Below are positions 50,239 to 64,000 of a DNA stretch of 64,000 bases, in pieces. Below the pieces are notes generated by a model that had not been told where the DNA came from, searched no databases, and worked only from the letters and a program-made list of their open reading frames with translations. The position numbers were made by a program, and so were the translations under genes. The stretch is from Eledone cirrhosa. Taxonomy: Eukaryota. The stretch spans positions 125,116,001 to 125,180,000 of the forward strand of contig OZ024744.1 in assembly GCA_964016885.1 (NCBI GenBank), read 5' to 3'. How positions within the stretch are numbered: position 1 is the stretch's first letter; every line of letters starts with the position of its first letter.

Positions 50239-50900
50239 GATAGTAATAGTAATAATAATAATAGTAATAGTAATAATACAGCCAATTTTCCACGCAATAC
50301 TTTTAGTTAGCACCCCGAACGCATAATTGGGAATATAATCACTTATTTCCTAATGTTTGTTGAGTGAGTTGGGAAAAAAAACTTGGGAAATATATTTTCA
50401 GGGTCTCAAAATCTTAAAGAGAAAAAAAAGTCCTGTGGAAGGTAGCAAAACAATTAGGAAGAAAATGGTTTGAAGTTGGTTGGTGAGTATAAGATTACAG
50501 TATCTTGTTGATTTCTATAAAGTTTACTTTTAACTGAATTGGTAAAAATGGATAAATTAGAAGACACAATATAATAACTAATATTGTCTTCTAAAACAGG
50601 GAATAAAAATATGTTGGTGTATTGGGGGGGGGGGGGGGGGGTAAACATGTGAGTTAATGGGAATGTTTTTGTTTGTTTTTATTGAAACATATTCAATCTA
50701 CAGATAGGTTGTTATAGTTATTTAGTCTCGGGTCTGCCATTATCTGCAGATTTATAATTGAGGGGTGTTCCAGGTGTGACCACCCTACATTATTCCTAGA
50801 GATTGTTACTCCTTCATTCTTCAGTCATCTTGGTCTTCTTATGAGATGGTGGTGTAGTCTTATTTATTGTTAAGGTTATGGTCTTCCTTTGTCCACACAC

Positions 50901-50938
<38 letters not shown>

Positions 50939-51184
50939 AAAGGCTTCCTTCTCTGGAAAAAGATGATTTAATATTCACAACCATCTGTCTAATTGTTTTC
51001 TGATGAGAATAAAGTTAATCTTGCTTGTATGTCTACCTGATCAAATGACTGGCTGATATCTTGAAGTCATTTACACCACAGAACTGTAGGAGTCTTGATC
51101 CCTCAAGCCATACCTCTAGCCATCATGTACTCCAAAAGAGTCTCACCTTGGTGCTACTCAACATGTCCATTAAATTTAGCAGCA

Positions 51185-51957
51185 AGGATGCCCTCTTCTT
51201 AGTGAGAGACAACTACAAGAGAGGTTCTTAGAGAAGAATAAGCCACTATAGTTAACTTTTGTTGACATAGAGAACCCCGATCTGTCATCTGGTGGTCCTT
51301 AAGGAAACTAGGTGTAGGGGAATGGCTTGTGAGGACAGTGCAAGCTATGTACAAGGGTGCTGTCAGTAAAGTGAGAGGAGGAATTCCAGAAACAAAGTAG
51401 GTGTACATCAGGGTTCGGTCCTCAGTCCGCTCTTGTTCATTATAGTCCTCCCTCCCTCCCTCCCTCCAAGCCATAACAGAGGAGGAGTAGTTTAAGACTG
51501 GATGCCCATGGGAACTTCTCTATGCTGACGATCTGGTTCTTATAGCAGAATCAGTAGAGGAGCTAGCTAGAGAATAAATTCTGGCTATGGAAACAGCAGT
51601 AGTTGGAATCAAGAAGACTGAGAGTGAACCTAGCTAAGACAAAAGTGTTTATAAGTAGAAGAGAGGACAAAACTCTGATTCTGTCAGGGAAATGGCCATG
51701 TTCGATATGTAGGAAAGGAGTTGGCATAAATTCTATGAAATGTAGTACGCAATGCAGATCTTGGCTACACAAGAGATGTAGTGGGATAGCAGGAAAACTG
51801 ACTGACAGGTAGGGAGAAATACGTATGCAGTAGATGTACAGGGAAATTTGACAGAGATTGCAGTGATAGACACATTTTTCAAATGCAGGTGGGATCTATA
51901 GAGGGAGTTGATAGCTTCTGATACCTAGGTGATCAGATTAGTAAGGGAGGAGGGTGA
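51185..51957 (+). mobile_element. Degenerate RTE RT core, unit B copy
   Basis: Copy of 16555-17335. Confidence 0.88.
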
Positions 51958-52485
51958 TATAAAATATATTGTTATCATGACTGTCTTTATTATTTAAATT
52001 ACCTCTGTCTATTTACAGATTTTACAGAGTGTACTGGGTGCTTTTATGATGGGAGCAGCAACTCTATACGATTTTACAGAGTGTACTTGGTGCTTTTATC
52101 ATGGCACATGGCAGCAGCAGCAGCAGCAACTACGATTTTACAGAGTGTACTTGGTGCTTTTTACTCTGACATCAGCACTGAGGAAGTTGTCATATTTTCA
52201 GCTAAATTAATGAGTAGAAAAACCAAGTTTCTGCTACAAAAAATTCTCAGATTCAAGGGAGACATTCAGTTTAAGTATGGTATACTGTCACTAAGGCAGC
52301 AAATTGGCAGAGTCGCTAGAATATCAGATAGCATTCTTTACATTATTTGTTTCAGCTCTCTGTTCTCTCAATTCAAATCCTGCTCAGGTCAACTTTGCCT
52401 TTCATCCATACAAAATAGATTAATAAAAGTACCAGTGTATTACTGGGGTCAATTCTTCTTCTAACTCTTCTGCACTTCCATTCTC

Positions 52486-52522
<37 letters not shown>

Positions 52523-53082
52523 GCTTCTTTAGAACACATCTGCTGTATTCAGACCTGGAGCGGAGATGGGCTCCACCAAGTTTTAAAAATTGCCCTTTAA
52601 GCGCTGTATGTCAATATGGTGCCCCTATGATTCCCTCCCTCAGGAGTTATGGGACCATAGATACTGTCAATTGTAAAGAATAACAGAGATATTCAGTGCT
52701 AGTGTGGTGTTCTGTCAGTTGTGGAGATTGATGAATCTAAACAGAAATATCAACAGCACTTTTCATTTCTGAGTAACACATTTGTTACCAAGTGCTGCAT
52801 GGCTGGAATGAAAATCAGTGCTGTGAAAACCAAGACATTCATCCTCTCAAGGAAGCTTGTGCAGTGCACTCTACATGTAAATGGAGTCCCACTGAAGCAG
52901 GTAGAAAAGTTCATGTATCTCGAAGCTGTGTTCACGAGTGATGACAGAGACGGCAAAGGCACAACACACAACAGAAGAAAAGAACAATGACAATTATTAT
53001 TATTATTATTATTATTATTTGTTTTATTAGTTTTATTATAATAAAAATTGTGCTGTTAGTTTGCTTGCTATACCATCATGTA

Positions 53083-53175
53083 CCCTAACCCTAAACCTAA
53101 CCCCAACTCCAACTCTGACCCTAAACCTAACCCCAACCCCAACCCCAACCCTAACCCTAACCCTAACCCTAACCC
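53083..53175 (+). repeat. Interstitial telomeric tract, unit B copy
   Basis: (CCCTAA/CCCCAA)n. Confidence 0.9.
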
Positions 53176-54105
53176 ACGATAGAAGACGTTCGTTACCGCT
53201 GGAGCAACGCAAATTACTCCTCGGTTGACGCCAAAAACGAACGCCTTCTCGACGGCTAGCCGCATTTCGTGATCCGCCTTTCGATTGCGCTTCCGTCGCG
53301 GAAAAAGAATTGCCTTTATAGGCCGCCGCCGCCCGACCGGACCCACGATAGAAGACGTTCGTTACCGCTGGCGCAACGCAAATTACTCCTCGGTTGACGC
53401 CAAAAACGAACGCCTTCTCGACGGCTAGCCGCATTTCGTGATCCGCCTTTCGATTGCGCTTCCGTCGCGGAAAAAGAATTGCCTTTATAGGCCGCCGCCG
53501 CCGCCCGACCGGACCCACGATAGAAGACGTTCGTTACCGCTGGAGCAACGCAAATTACTCCTCGGTTGACGCCAAAAACGAACGCCTTCTCGACGGCTAG
53601 CCGCATTTCGTGATCCGCCTTTCGATTGCGCTTCCGTCGCGGAAAAAGAATTGCCTTTATAGGCCGCCGCCGCCGCCCGACCGGACCCACGATAGAAGAC
53701 GTTCGTTACCGCTGGAGCAACGCAAATTACTCCTCGGTTGACGCCAAAAACGAACGCCTTCTCGACGGCTAGCCGCATTTCGTGATCCGCCTTTCGATTG
53801 CGCTTCCGTCGCGGAAAAAGAATTGCCTTTATAGGCCGCCGCCGCCGCCCGACCGGACCCACGATAGAAGACGTTCGTTACCGCTGGAGCAACGCAAATT
53901 ACTCCTCGGTTGACGCCAAAAACGAACGCCTTCTCGACGGCTAGCCGCATTTCGTGATCCGCCTTTCGATTGCGCTTCCGTCGCGGAAAAAGAATTGCCT
54001 TTATAGGCCGCCGCCGCCGCCCGACCGGACCCACGATAGAAGACGTTCGTTACCGCTGGAGCAACGCAAATTACTCCTCGGTTGACGCCAAAAACGAACG
54101 CCTTC
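53173..54105 (+). repeat. 169/172-bp spacer-like array (5 full units plus a partial)
   Basis: Periods are 169 then 172 x4. Confidence 0.9.
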
Positions 54106-54462
54106 CGGTTCGGGCGACGTAAAAGTCTGTAGCCTTTTCGCCGATCCTCGACGATTATCCGCCTTCCGAACAACCGCCTTTCCGCCGTCACAGCAGTAGG
54201 TACTCGTCCGTCGTAATAGCCGTCATTTTAATGCAGGAGAAACGCCTAAATGCACTGCGATTGACGACGATCTACGACGCGCTTACTCTTCCTTGCTGCG
54301 ACGAAGGTTTCGTTCGGCTTTTCGTCGTGGACCCGGTCAGGTCATGCCGCTGATCTCGCGTTGCGTCGTTACCGCTGGAGCAACGCAAATTACTCCTCGT
54401 TTAACGCCAACATCGAACGCGCTTCGGTTCTCGGTCGTCGTTGTTTTGTTTCGTGCGGAAGA

Positions 54463-54647
54463 TACCTGGGTGATCCTGCCAGTAGTCATATGCTTGTCTC
54501 AAAGCTTAAGCCATGCAAGTGGAAGTTCATGCCGTAAACGAAAATGGTGAAACCGCGAATGGCTCAGGAACCGGATCTAATCCTCGGGACCGTATTCCTC
54601 ACCGCGAGGAGAGGATAACTGTGGCAATTCTAGAGCTAATACATGCA
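54463..54647 (+). pseudogene. 18S rRNA: 18S rRNA 5' fragment, unit B copy
   Basis: Same sequence as 20176-20360. Confidence 0.95.
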
Positions 54648-54651
54648 ATTG

Positions 54652-57600
54652 AGATCGGAGAGGGAGCGATCCGTCTGCTTGATTCCGATAACGAACGAGA
54701 CATTCGTATCCGAAAGAACGTTTGTCTGGAAACTGGTGCAGTCAGTGAGTCGAAAAAAAAATATCTCGGTGGTAGTGGCAAATATTCGAACGAGACATTC
54801 GTATGCGAAAGAACGTTTGTCGGTGGTAGTAGCAAATATTCGAACGAGACATTCGTATGCGAAATAACGTTTGTCTGGAAGTGGCGATCCATGCCCGGTG
54901 GATAGTTGGTTCCGGGTTTTACTATGATTGTTGCAAAACAGAAACTTAAAGGGATTGACAGAATTTGCGATTACGGAGAGGGGGCGATCCGTCTGCTTGA
55001 TTCCGATAACGAACGAGACATTCGTATCCGAAAGAACGTTTGTCTGGAAACTGGTGAGTCAGTGAGTCGAAAAAAAAATATCTCGGTGGTAGTAGCAAAT
55101 ATTCGAACGAGACATTCGTATGCGAAAGAACGTTTGTCGGTGGTAGTAGCAAATATTCGAACGAGACATTCGTATGCGAAAGAACGTTTGTCGGTGGTAG
55201 TAGCAAATATTCGAACGAGACATTCGTATGCGAAAGAACGTTTGTCGGTGGTAGTAGCAAATATTCGAACGAGACATTCGTATGCGAAAGAACGTTTGTC
55301 TGGAAGTGGCGATCCATGCCCGGTGGATAGTTGGTTCCGGGTTTTACTATGATTGTTGCAAAACAGAAACTTAAAGGGATTGACAGAATTTGCGATTACG
55401 GAGAGGGGGCGATCCGTCTGCTTGATTCCGATAACGAACGAGACATTCGTATCCGAAAGAACGTTTGTCTGGAAACTGGTGAGTCAGTGAGTCGAAAAAA
55501 AAATATCTCGGTGGTAGTAGCAAATATTCGAACGAGACATTCGTATGCGAAAGAACGTTTGTCGGTGGTAGTAGCAAATATTCGAACGAGACATTCGTAT
55601 GCGAAAGAACGTTTGTCTGGAAGTGGCGATCCATGCTCGGTGGATAGTTGGTTCCGGGTTTTACTATGATTGTTGCAAAACAGAAACTTAAAAGGATTGA
55701 CAGAATTTGCGATTCCGGAGAGGGGGCGATCCGTCTGCTTGATTCCGATAACGAACGAGACATTCGTATCCGAAAGAACGTTTGTCTGGAAACTGGTGAG
55801 TCGAAAAAAAAATATCTCGGTGGTAGTAGCAAATATTCGTATGCGAAAGAAAAGATCTCGGTGGTAGTAGCAAATATTCGAACGAGACATTCGTAGGCGA
55901 AAGAAAAATATCTCGGTGGTAGTAGCAAATATTCGAACGAGACATTCGTATGCGAAAGAACGTTTGTCGGTGGTAGTAGCAAATATTCGAACGAGACATT
56001 CGTATGCGAAAGAACGTTTGTCGGTGGTAGTAGCAAATATTCGAACGAGACATTCGTATGCGAAAGAACGTTTGTCTGGAAGTGGCGATCCATGCCCGGT
56101 GGATAGTTGGTTCCGGGTTTTACTATGATTGTTGCAAAACAGAAACTTAAAGGGATTGACAGAATTTGCGATTCCGGAGAGAGGGCGATCCGTCTGCTTG
56201 ATTCCGATAACGAACGAGACATTCGTATCCGAAAGAACGTTTGTCTGGAAACTGGTGAGTCAGTGAGTCGAAAAAAAAATATCTCGGTGGTAGTAGCAAA
56301 TATTCGTATGCGAAAGAAAAGATCTCGGTGGTAGTAGCAAATATTCGAACGAGACATTCGTAGGCGAAAGAAAAATATCTCGGTGGTAGTAGCAAATATT
56401 CGAACGAGACATTCGTATGCGAAAGAACGTTTGTCGGTGGTAGTAGCAAATATTCGAACGAGACATTCGTATGCGAAAGAACGTTTGTCGGTGGTAGTAG
56501 CAAATATTCGAACGAGACATTCGTATGCGAAAGAACGTTTGTCTGGAAGTGGCGATCCATGCCCGGTGGATAGTTGGTTCCGGGTTTTACTATGATTGTT
56601 GCAAAACAAAAACTTAAAGGGATTGACAGAATTTGCGATTCCGGAGAGAGGGCGATCCGTCTGCTTGATTCCGATAACGAACGAGACATTCGTATCCGAA
56701 AGAACGTTTGTCTGGAAACTGGTGAGTCAGTGAGTCGAAAAAAAAATATCTCGGTGGTAGTAGCAAATATTCGAACGAGACATTCGTATGCGAAAGAACG
56801 TTTGTCGGTGGTAGTAGCAAATATTCGAACGAGACATTCGTATGCGAAAGAACGTTTGTCGGTGGTAGTAGCAAATATTCGAACGAGACATTCGTATGCG
56901 AAAGAACGTTTGTCTGGAAGTGGCGATCCATGCCCGGTGGATAGTTGGTTCCGGGTTTTACTATGATTGTTGCAAAACAAAAACTTAAAGGGATTGACAG
57001 AATTTGCGATTCCGGAGAGAGGGCGATCCGTCTGCTTGATTCCGATAACGAACGAGACATTCGTATCCGAAAGAACGTTTGTCTGGAAACTGGTGAGTCA
57101 GTGAGTCGAAAAAAAAATATCTCGGTGGTAGTAGCAAATATTCGAACGAGACATTCGTATGCGAAAGAACGTTTGTCGGTGGTAGTAGCAAATATTCGAA
57201 CGAGACATTCGTATGCGAAAGAACGTTTGTCTGGAAGTGGCGATCCATGCCCGGTGGATAGTTGGTTCCGGGTTTTACTATGATTGTTGCAAAACAGAAA
57301 CTTAAAGGGATTGACAGAATTTGCGATTACGGAGAGGGGGCGATCCGTCTGCTTGATTCCGATAACGAACGAGACATTCGTATCCGAAAGAACGTTTGTC
57401 TGGAAACTGGTGAGTCAGTGAGTCGAAAAAAAAATATCTCGGTGGTAGTGGCAAATATTCGAACGAGACATTCGTATGCGAAAGAACGTTTGTCGGTGGT
57501 AGTAGCAAATATTCGAACGAGACATTCGTATGCGAAAGAACGTTTGTCTGGAAGTGGCGATCCATGCCCGGTGGATAGTTGGTTCCGGGTTTTACTATGA

Positions 57601-60600
57601 TTGTTGCAAAACAGAAACTTAAAGGGATTGACAGAATTTGCGATTACGGAGAGGGGGCGATCCGTCTGCTTGATTCCGATAACGAACGAGACATTCGTAT
57701 CCGAAAGAACGTTTGTCTGGAAACTGGTGAGTCAGTGAGTCGAAAAAAAAATATCTCGGTGGTAGTAGCAAATATTCGAACGAGACATTCGTATGCGAAA
57801 GAACGTTTGTCGGTGGTAGTAGCAAATATTCGAACGAGACATTCGTATGCGAAAGAACGTTTGTCTGGAAGTGGCGATCCATGCCCGGTGGATAGTTGGT
57901 TCCGGGTTTTACTATGATTGTTGCAAAACAGAAACTTAAAGGGATTGACAGAATTTGCGATTCCGGAGAGGGGGCGATCCGTCTGCTTGATTCCGATAAC
58001 GAACGAGACATTCGTATCCGAAAGAACGTTTGTCTGGAAACTGGTGAGTCAGTGAGTCGAAAAAAAAAATATCTCGGTGGTAGTAGCAAATATTCGAACG
58101 AGACATTCGTATGCGAAAGAACGTTTGTCGGTGGTAGTAGCAAATATTCGAACGAGACATTCGTATGCGAAAGAACGTTTGTCTGGAAGTGGCGATCCAT
58201 GCTCGGTGGATAGTTGGTTCCGGGTTTTACTATGATTGTTGCAAAACAGAAACTTAAAGGGATTGACAGAATTTGCGATTCCGGAGAGGGGGCGATCCGT
58301 CTGCTTGATTCCGATAACGAACGAGACATTCGTATCCGAAAGAACGTTTGTCTGGAAACTGGTGAGTCAGTGAGTCGAAAAAAAAATATCTCGGTGGTAG
58401 TAGCAAATATTCGAACGAGACATTCGTATGCGAAAGAACGTTTGTCTGGAAGTGGCGATCCATGCCCGGTGGATAGTTGGTTCCGGGTTTTACTATGATT
58501 GTTGCAAAACAGAAACTTAAAGGGATTGACAGAATTTGCGATTCCGGAGAGGGGGCGATCCGTCTGCTTGATTCCGATAACGAACGAGACATTCGTATCC
58601 GAAAGAACGTTTGTCTGGAAACTGGTGAGTCGAAAAAAAAATATCTCGGTGGTAGTAGCAAATATTCGTATGCGAAAGAAAAGATCTCGGTGGTAGTAGC
58701 AAATATTCGAACGAGACATTCGTAGGCGAAAGAAAAATATCTCGGTGGTAGTAGCAAATATTCGAACGAGACATTCGTATGCGAAAGAACGTTTGTCGGT
58801 GGTAGTAGCAAATATTCGAACGAGACATTCGTATGCGAAAGAACGTTTGTCTGGAAGTGGCGATCCATGCCCGGTGGATAGTTGGTTCCGGGTTTTACTA
58901 TGATTGTTGCAAAACAGAAACTTAAAGGGATTGACAGAATTTGCGATTCCGGAGAGAGGGCGATCCGTCTGCTTGATTCCGATAACGAACGAGACATTCG
59001 TATCCGAAAGAACGTTTGTCTGGAAACTGGTGAGTCAGTGAGTCGAAAAAAAAATATCTCGGTGGTAGTAGCAAATATTCGAACGAGACATTCGTATGCG
59101 AAAGAACGTTTGTCGGTGGTAGTAGCAAATATTCGAACGAGACATTCGTATGCGAAAGAACGTTTGTCTGGAAGTGGCGATCCATGCTCGGTGGATAGTT
59201 GGTTCCGGGTTTTACTATGATTGTTGCAAAACAGAAACTTAAAGGGATTGACAGAATTTGCGATTCCGGAGAGGGGGCGATCCGTCTGCTTGATTCCGAT
59301 AACGAACGAGACATTCGTATCCGAAAGAACGTTTGTCTGGAAACTGGTGAGTCAGTGAGTCGAAAAAAAAATATCTCGGTGGTAGTAGCAAATATTCGAA
59401 CGAGACATTCGTATGCGAAAGAACGTTTGTCGGTGGTAGTAGCAAATATTCGAACGAGACATTCGTATGCGAAAGAACGTTTGTCTGGAAGTGGCGATCC
59501 ATGCCCGGTGGATAGTTGGTTCCGGGTTTTACTATGATTGTTGCAAAACAGAAACTTAAAGGGATTGACAGAATTTGCGATTCCGGAGAGGGGGCGATCC
59601 GTCTGCTTGATTCCGATAACGAACGAGACATTCGTATCCGAAAGAACGTTTGTCTGGAAACTGGTGAGTCAGTGAGTCGAAAAAAAAATATCTCGGTGGT
59701 AGTAGCAAATATTCGAACGAGACATTCGTATGCGAAAGAACGTTTGTCGGTGGTAGTAGCAAATATTGGAACGAGACATTCGTATGCGAAAGAACGTTTG
59801 TCTGGAAGTGGCGATCCATGCCCGGTGGATAGTTGGTTCCGGGTTTTACTATGATTGTTGCAAAACAGAAACTTAAAGGGATTGACAGAATTTGCGATTC
59901 CGGAGAGGGGGCGATCCGTCTGCTTGATTCCGATAACGAACGAGACATTCGTATCCGAAAGAACGTTTGTCTGGAAACTGGTGAGTCAGTGAGTCGAAAA
60001 AAAAATATCTCGGTGGTAGTAGCAAATATTCGAACGAGACATTCGTATGCGAAAGAACGTTTGTCGGTGGTAGTAGCAAATATTCGAACGAGACATTCGT
60101 ATGCGAAAGAACGTTTGTCGGTGGTAGTAGCAAATATTCGAACGAGACATTCGTATGCGAAAGAACGTTTGTCTGGAAGTGGCGATCCATGCCCGGTGGA
60201 TAGTTGGTTCCGGGTTTTACTATGACTGTTGCAAAACAGAAACTTAAAGGGATTGACAGAATTTGCGATTCCGGAGAGGGGGCGATCCGTCTGCTTGATT
60301 CCGATAACGAACGAGACATTCGTATCCGAAAGAACGTTTGTCTGGAAACTGGTGAGTCAGTGAGTCGAAAAAAAAAATATCTCGGTGGTAGTAGCAAATA
60401 TTCGAACGAGACATTCGTATGCGAAAGAACGTTTGTCGGTGGTAGTAGCAAATATTCGAACGAGACATTCGTATGCGAAAGAACGTTTGTCTGGAAACTG
60501 GTGAGTCAGTGAGTCGAAAAAAAAATATCTCGGTGGTAGTAGCAAATATTCGAACGAGACATTCGTATGCGAAAGAACGTTTGTCGGTGGTAGTAGCAAA

Positions 60601-62186
60601 TATTCGAACGAGACATTCGTATGCGAAAGAACGTTTGTCTGGAAGTGGCGATCCATGCTCGGTGGATAGTTGGTTCCGGGTTTTACTATGATTGTTGCAA
60701 AACAGAAACTTAAAGGGGTTGACAGAATTTGCGATTTCGGAGAGGGGGCGATCCGTCTGCTTGATTCCGATAACGAACGAGACATTCGTATCCGAAAGAA
60801 CGTTTGTCTGGAAACTGGTGAGTCAGTGAGTCGAAAAAAAAATATCTCGGTGGTAGTAGCAAATATTCGAACGAGACATTCGTATGCGAAAGAACGTTTG
60901 TCGGTGGTAGTAGCAAATATTCGAACGAGACATTCGTATGCGAAAGAACGTTTGTCTGGAAGTGGCGATCCATGCTCGGTGGATAGTTGGTTCCGGGTTT
61001 TACTATGATTGTTGCAAAACAGAAACTTAAAGGGATTGACAGAATTTGCGATTCCGGAGAGGGGGCGATCCGTCTGCTTGATTCCGATAACGAACGAGAC
61101 ATTCGTATCCGAAAGAACGTTTGTCTGGAAACTGGTGAGTCAGTGAGTCGAAAAAAAAATATCTCGGTGGTAGTAGCAAATATTCGAACGAGACATTCGT
61201 ATGCGAAAGAACGTTTGTCGGTGGTAGTAGCAAATATTCGAACGAGACATTCGTATGCGAAAGAACGTTTGTCTGGAAGTGGCGATCCATGCCCGGTGGA
61301 TAGTTGGTTCCGGGTTTTACTATGATTGTTGCAAAACAGAAACTTAAAGGGATTGACAGAATTTGCGATTCCGGAGAGGGGGCGATCCGTCTGCTTGATT
61401 CCGATAACGAACGAGACATTCGTATCCGAAAGAACGTTTGTCTGGAAACTGGTGAGTCAGTGAGTCGAAAAAAAAAATATCTCGGTGGTAGTAGCAAATA
61501 TTCGAACGAGACATTCGTATGCGAAAGAACGTTTGTCGGTGGTAGTAGCAAATATTCGAACGAGACATTCGTATGCGAAAGAACGTTTGTCTGGAAACTG
61601 GTGAGTCAGTGAGTCGAAAAAAAAATATCTCGGTGGTAGTAGCAAATATTCGAACGAGACATTCGTATGCGAAAGAACGTTTGTCGGTGGTAGTAGCAAA
61701 TATTCGAACGAGACATTCGTATGCGAAAGAACGTTTGTCTGGAAGTGGCGATCCATGCTCGGTGGATAGTTGGTTCCGGGTTTTACTATGATTGTTGCAA
61801 AACAGAAACTTAAAGGGATTGACAGAATTTGCGATTCCGGAGAGGGGGCGATCCGTCTGCTTGATTCCGATAACGAACGAGACATTCGTATCCGAAAGAA
61901 CGTTTGTCTGGAAACTGGTGAGTCAGTGAGTCGAAAAAAAAATATCTCGGTGGTAGTAGCAAATATTCGTATGCGAAAGAAAAGATCTCGGTGGTAGTAG
62001 CAAATATTCGAACGAGACATTCGTATGCGAAAGAAAAATATCTCGGTGGTAGTAGCAAATATTCGAACGAGACATTCGTATTCGAAAGAACGTTTGTCTG
62101 GAAGTTGCGATCCATGCCCGGTGGATAGTTGGTTCCGGGCTTTACTATGATTGTTGCAAAACAGAAACTTAAAGGAATTGACAGAA
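54652..62186 (+). repeat. Chimeric 18S/28S-derived satellite, ~21 monomers (modal 317 bp, range 263-467 bp)
   Basis: Landmark ttggttccggg recurs at 54906, 55331, 55648 ... 61770 and ~62130. Length varies mostly by the number of 54-bp subrepeats. Confidence 0.93.
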
Positions 62187-62215
62187 TTTTCGAATCGACA
62201 TCAACTCGGCTACGG

Positions 62216-62573
62216 CTATCCCGTCGAGTACGAGAGTATCGCGGGATCAGAGCAACGGTTTGCTAGGCTGCCTCTGAGCGATAACGGCTGAACGCCTCCT
62301 CTAAGCCGGAACCCTAGCCGGACCCGAGTTGTTTTTCGACAAGCGTCTCGACCTTCTTAAGGCCCATGCCTTAGTTTGGCGATTGCCGTCCGTTCGCCGA
62401 CGGCGGCAGCGTCAGCGGAAATGCCATTCTGTGACGACTACGACGATTCGTCGTCGTCGTCGTCCATTCGATTTCCTGAAAGAGATAGAGACTAAAGTGA
62501 TCAAATTGTTCGGAGTTACGTGCTTAGTAGAGCAGCTACCACACTGCAATCTATTGAGAGTTTTCTGACGAAC
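62216..62573 (+). pseudogene. 28S rRNA: 28S rRNA 3'-terminal fragment, unit B copy
   Basis: Same sequence as 21118-21475. Confidence 0.88.
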
Positions 62574-64000
62574 GATACAATCCGCCCACGTGGCGCCAGA
62601 AAGGGAGAAGAAAAGAAAAGTTAGACGCCGCCGATCGATCGGTTCGTTGTTTTACGTGTACACAGCTTGTGTGTGTGTCTGTATGTGATACAAGCCGCCT
62701 ATCCGTCTTCCAAGTAAGTTTTGTGTGTAGACTGCGGAAAGAAATCCAATCCGCCGTCTAGGCGGTTCTGCCGCCGACCCATACTTTTGCGAGTCGCTCC
62801 CGGGAAAGACAGGCGGCAAGACGGCGTGTATACACGACGCCTTCCGTCTTCCGCCTCGAACCCGGGCAAACGTTCCTTTATTCGTCCACGCCTTCCCGCT
62901 TCGATCGCGAGAAAGTAATCAATCTGTTTTGTGTGTGTGTCTGTGTGTGATACAAATTTGTTTTCTTAATTTGATAACCATGAATTGTTTCAACACCGGC
63001 CCTTTTAAGGGCCACTTATATTTTCAATAATCAGTTTAAATGGGTTGCACCGTAGCCACTTGGTAATACACTGCAAATCTCCCGTCAATCTATGAAGGTT
63101 TTGTAGTAGATTAGATCAAAACACAATCAGCAAGACAGTAATGGAATGAATAATATAAACATTTGTTTATAATTAAAGCCTTAAGATGTCCCTCCCTCCC
63201 TCCCTTCCTCCCTTCCTTCCTTCCTTCCTTCCTTCCTTACGATATACACTTTAATAACATTGAAACTTATTTAATAAGTTTAAATTTTAAACACTTTTTA
63301 TTCAGACGTACCGCGATAAGTAACTAGATATGTTCTAACGAATAATCCGCGATGTGGCGAGGATTACCGCGATAGGAAATTAGATACGTTCCAAAGAAAT
63401 ATCCGCGAAAAGTGAACCGCGATATAGCGGGTTCACCACCCAGTGTATTACTGGTACTTTATTTTATCGACCCCCATAAGGATGAAAGGCAAAGTTAACT
63501 GTGCAATAACAAAGGGAGATAACCTCGTCTTTTTTTTTTTACGGAGTTATTTCCCTTTAAATTTTATCTATTACTTATGATGATACAATTTAATCAGTTC
63601 TTAGCTGTCGAGACACTGCATCCTTTAAAACCTCCATGGAACAAGCTACCTGCAACAGTTGTTAGCTGTCGAGACACTGCATCTTTTAAAACCTCCATGG
63701 AACAAACTACCTGCATCAGTTGTTAGGGTCTGAGTTCAAATCACGCCGAGGAGGTTAACTTTGCCTTTCATCCTTACGGGGTCGGTCGGAAAACGAACCA
63801 TTCCCGGTTCGCTTTCGAAGCGGGTTTCCGAAAACAGCGCTTCTCTCGACCGGGCCCGTCGTCCGCTCGGCGGTGGTTTTCATCGTCCCAGGCACGGCTA
63901 ACAGGCGGAGACGGGACAAACGCGCGTGTTCCTTTTTTTATCAGCCGCAGCGCCGTTCGTATATATGCTTAGGTTGTTTTTTTTTTAAATATCCTAAGTT

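Noticed and set aside
54906-62115. Many repeated ORFs (MVPGFTM..., up to 412 aa)
   Set aside because: They are by-products of the rRNA-derived satellite. Frames shift with A-run length and there are no protein motifs.

Overview
Eukaryotic, repeat-saturated DNA with no cellular protein gene. It is most likely an octopod cephalopod; this is my recognition of the SINE and RTE families, not a database result. The window holds about 1.7 copies of a near-identical tandem macro-repeat: position 1 corresponds to 34617, so unit A is ~34.6 kb, and unit B is at least 6.5 kb longer. Each unit carries a collapsed 'mini-rDNA' cassette in this order: (CCCTAA)n tract, 169/172-bp GC-rich spacer-like repeats, ETS-like leader, first ~185 nt of 18S, a chimeric satellite stitched from short non-contiguous 18S and 28S segments (2 monomers in unit A, ~21 in unit B), last ~350 nt of 28S with a sarcin-ricin-like hairpin, trailer, and a G-rich telomere-like 16-mer array. 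I saw no 5.8S or ITS. The rest of the unit contains an intact CR1-clade ORF2 (921 aa) behind a candidate -1 frameshift heptamer, a 5.5-kb palindrome-rich higher-order array ending in a Helitron 3' terminus, a 5'-inverted R4/Dong-type insertion whose empty site is present nearby, CRE and RTE fragments, SINEs, a piggyBac-like MITE, and micro/minisatellites. All family assignments come from motif recognition by eye, and boundaries of degenerate elements are approximate.
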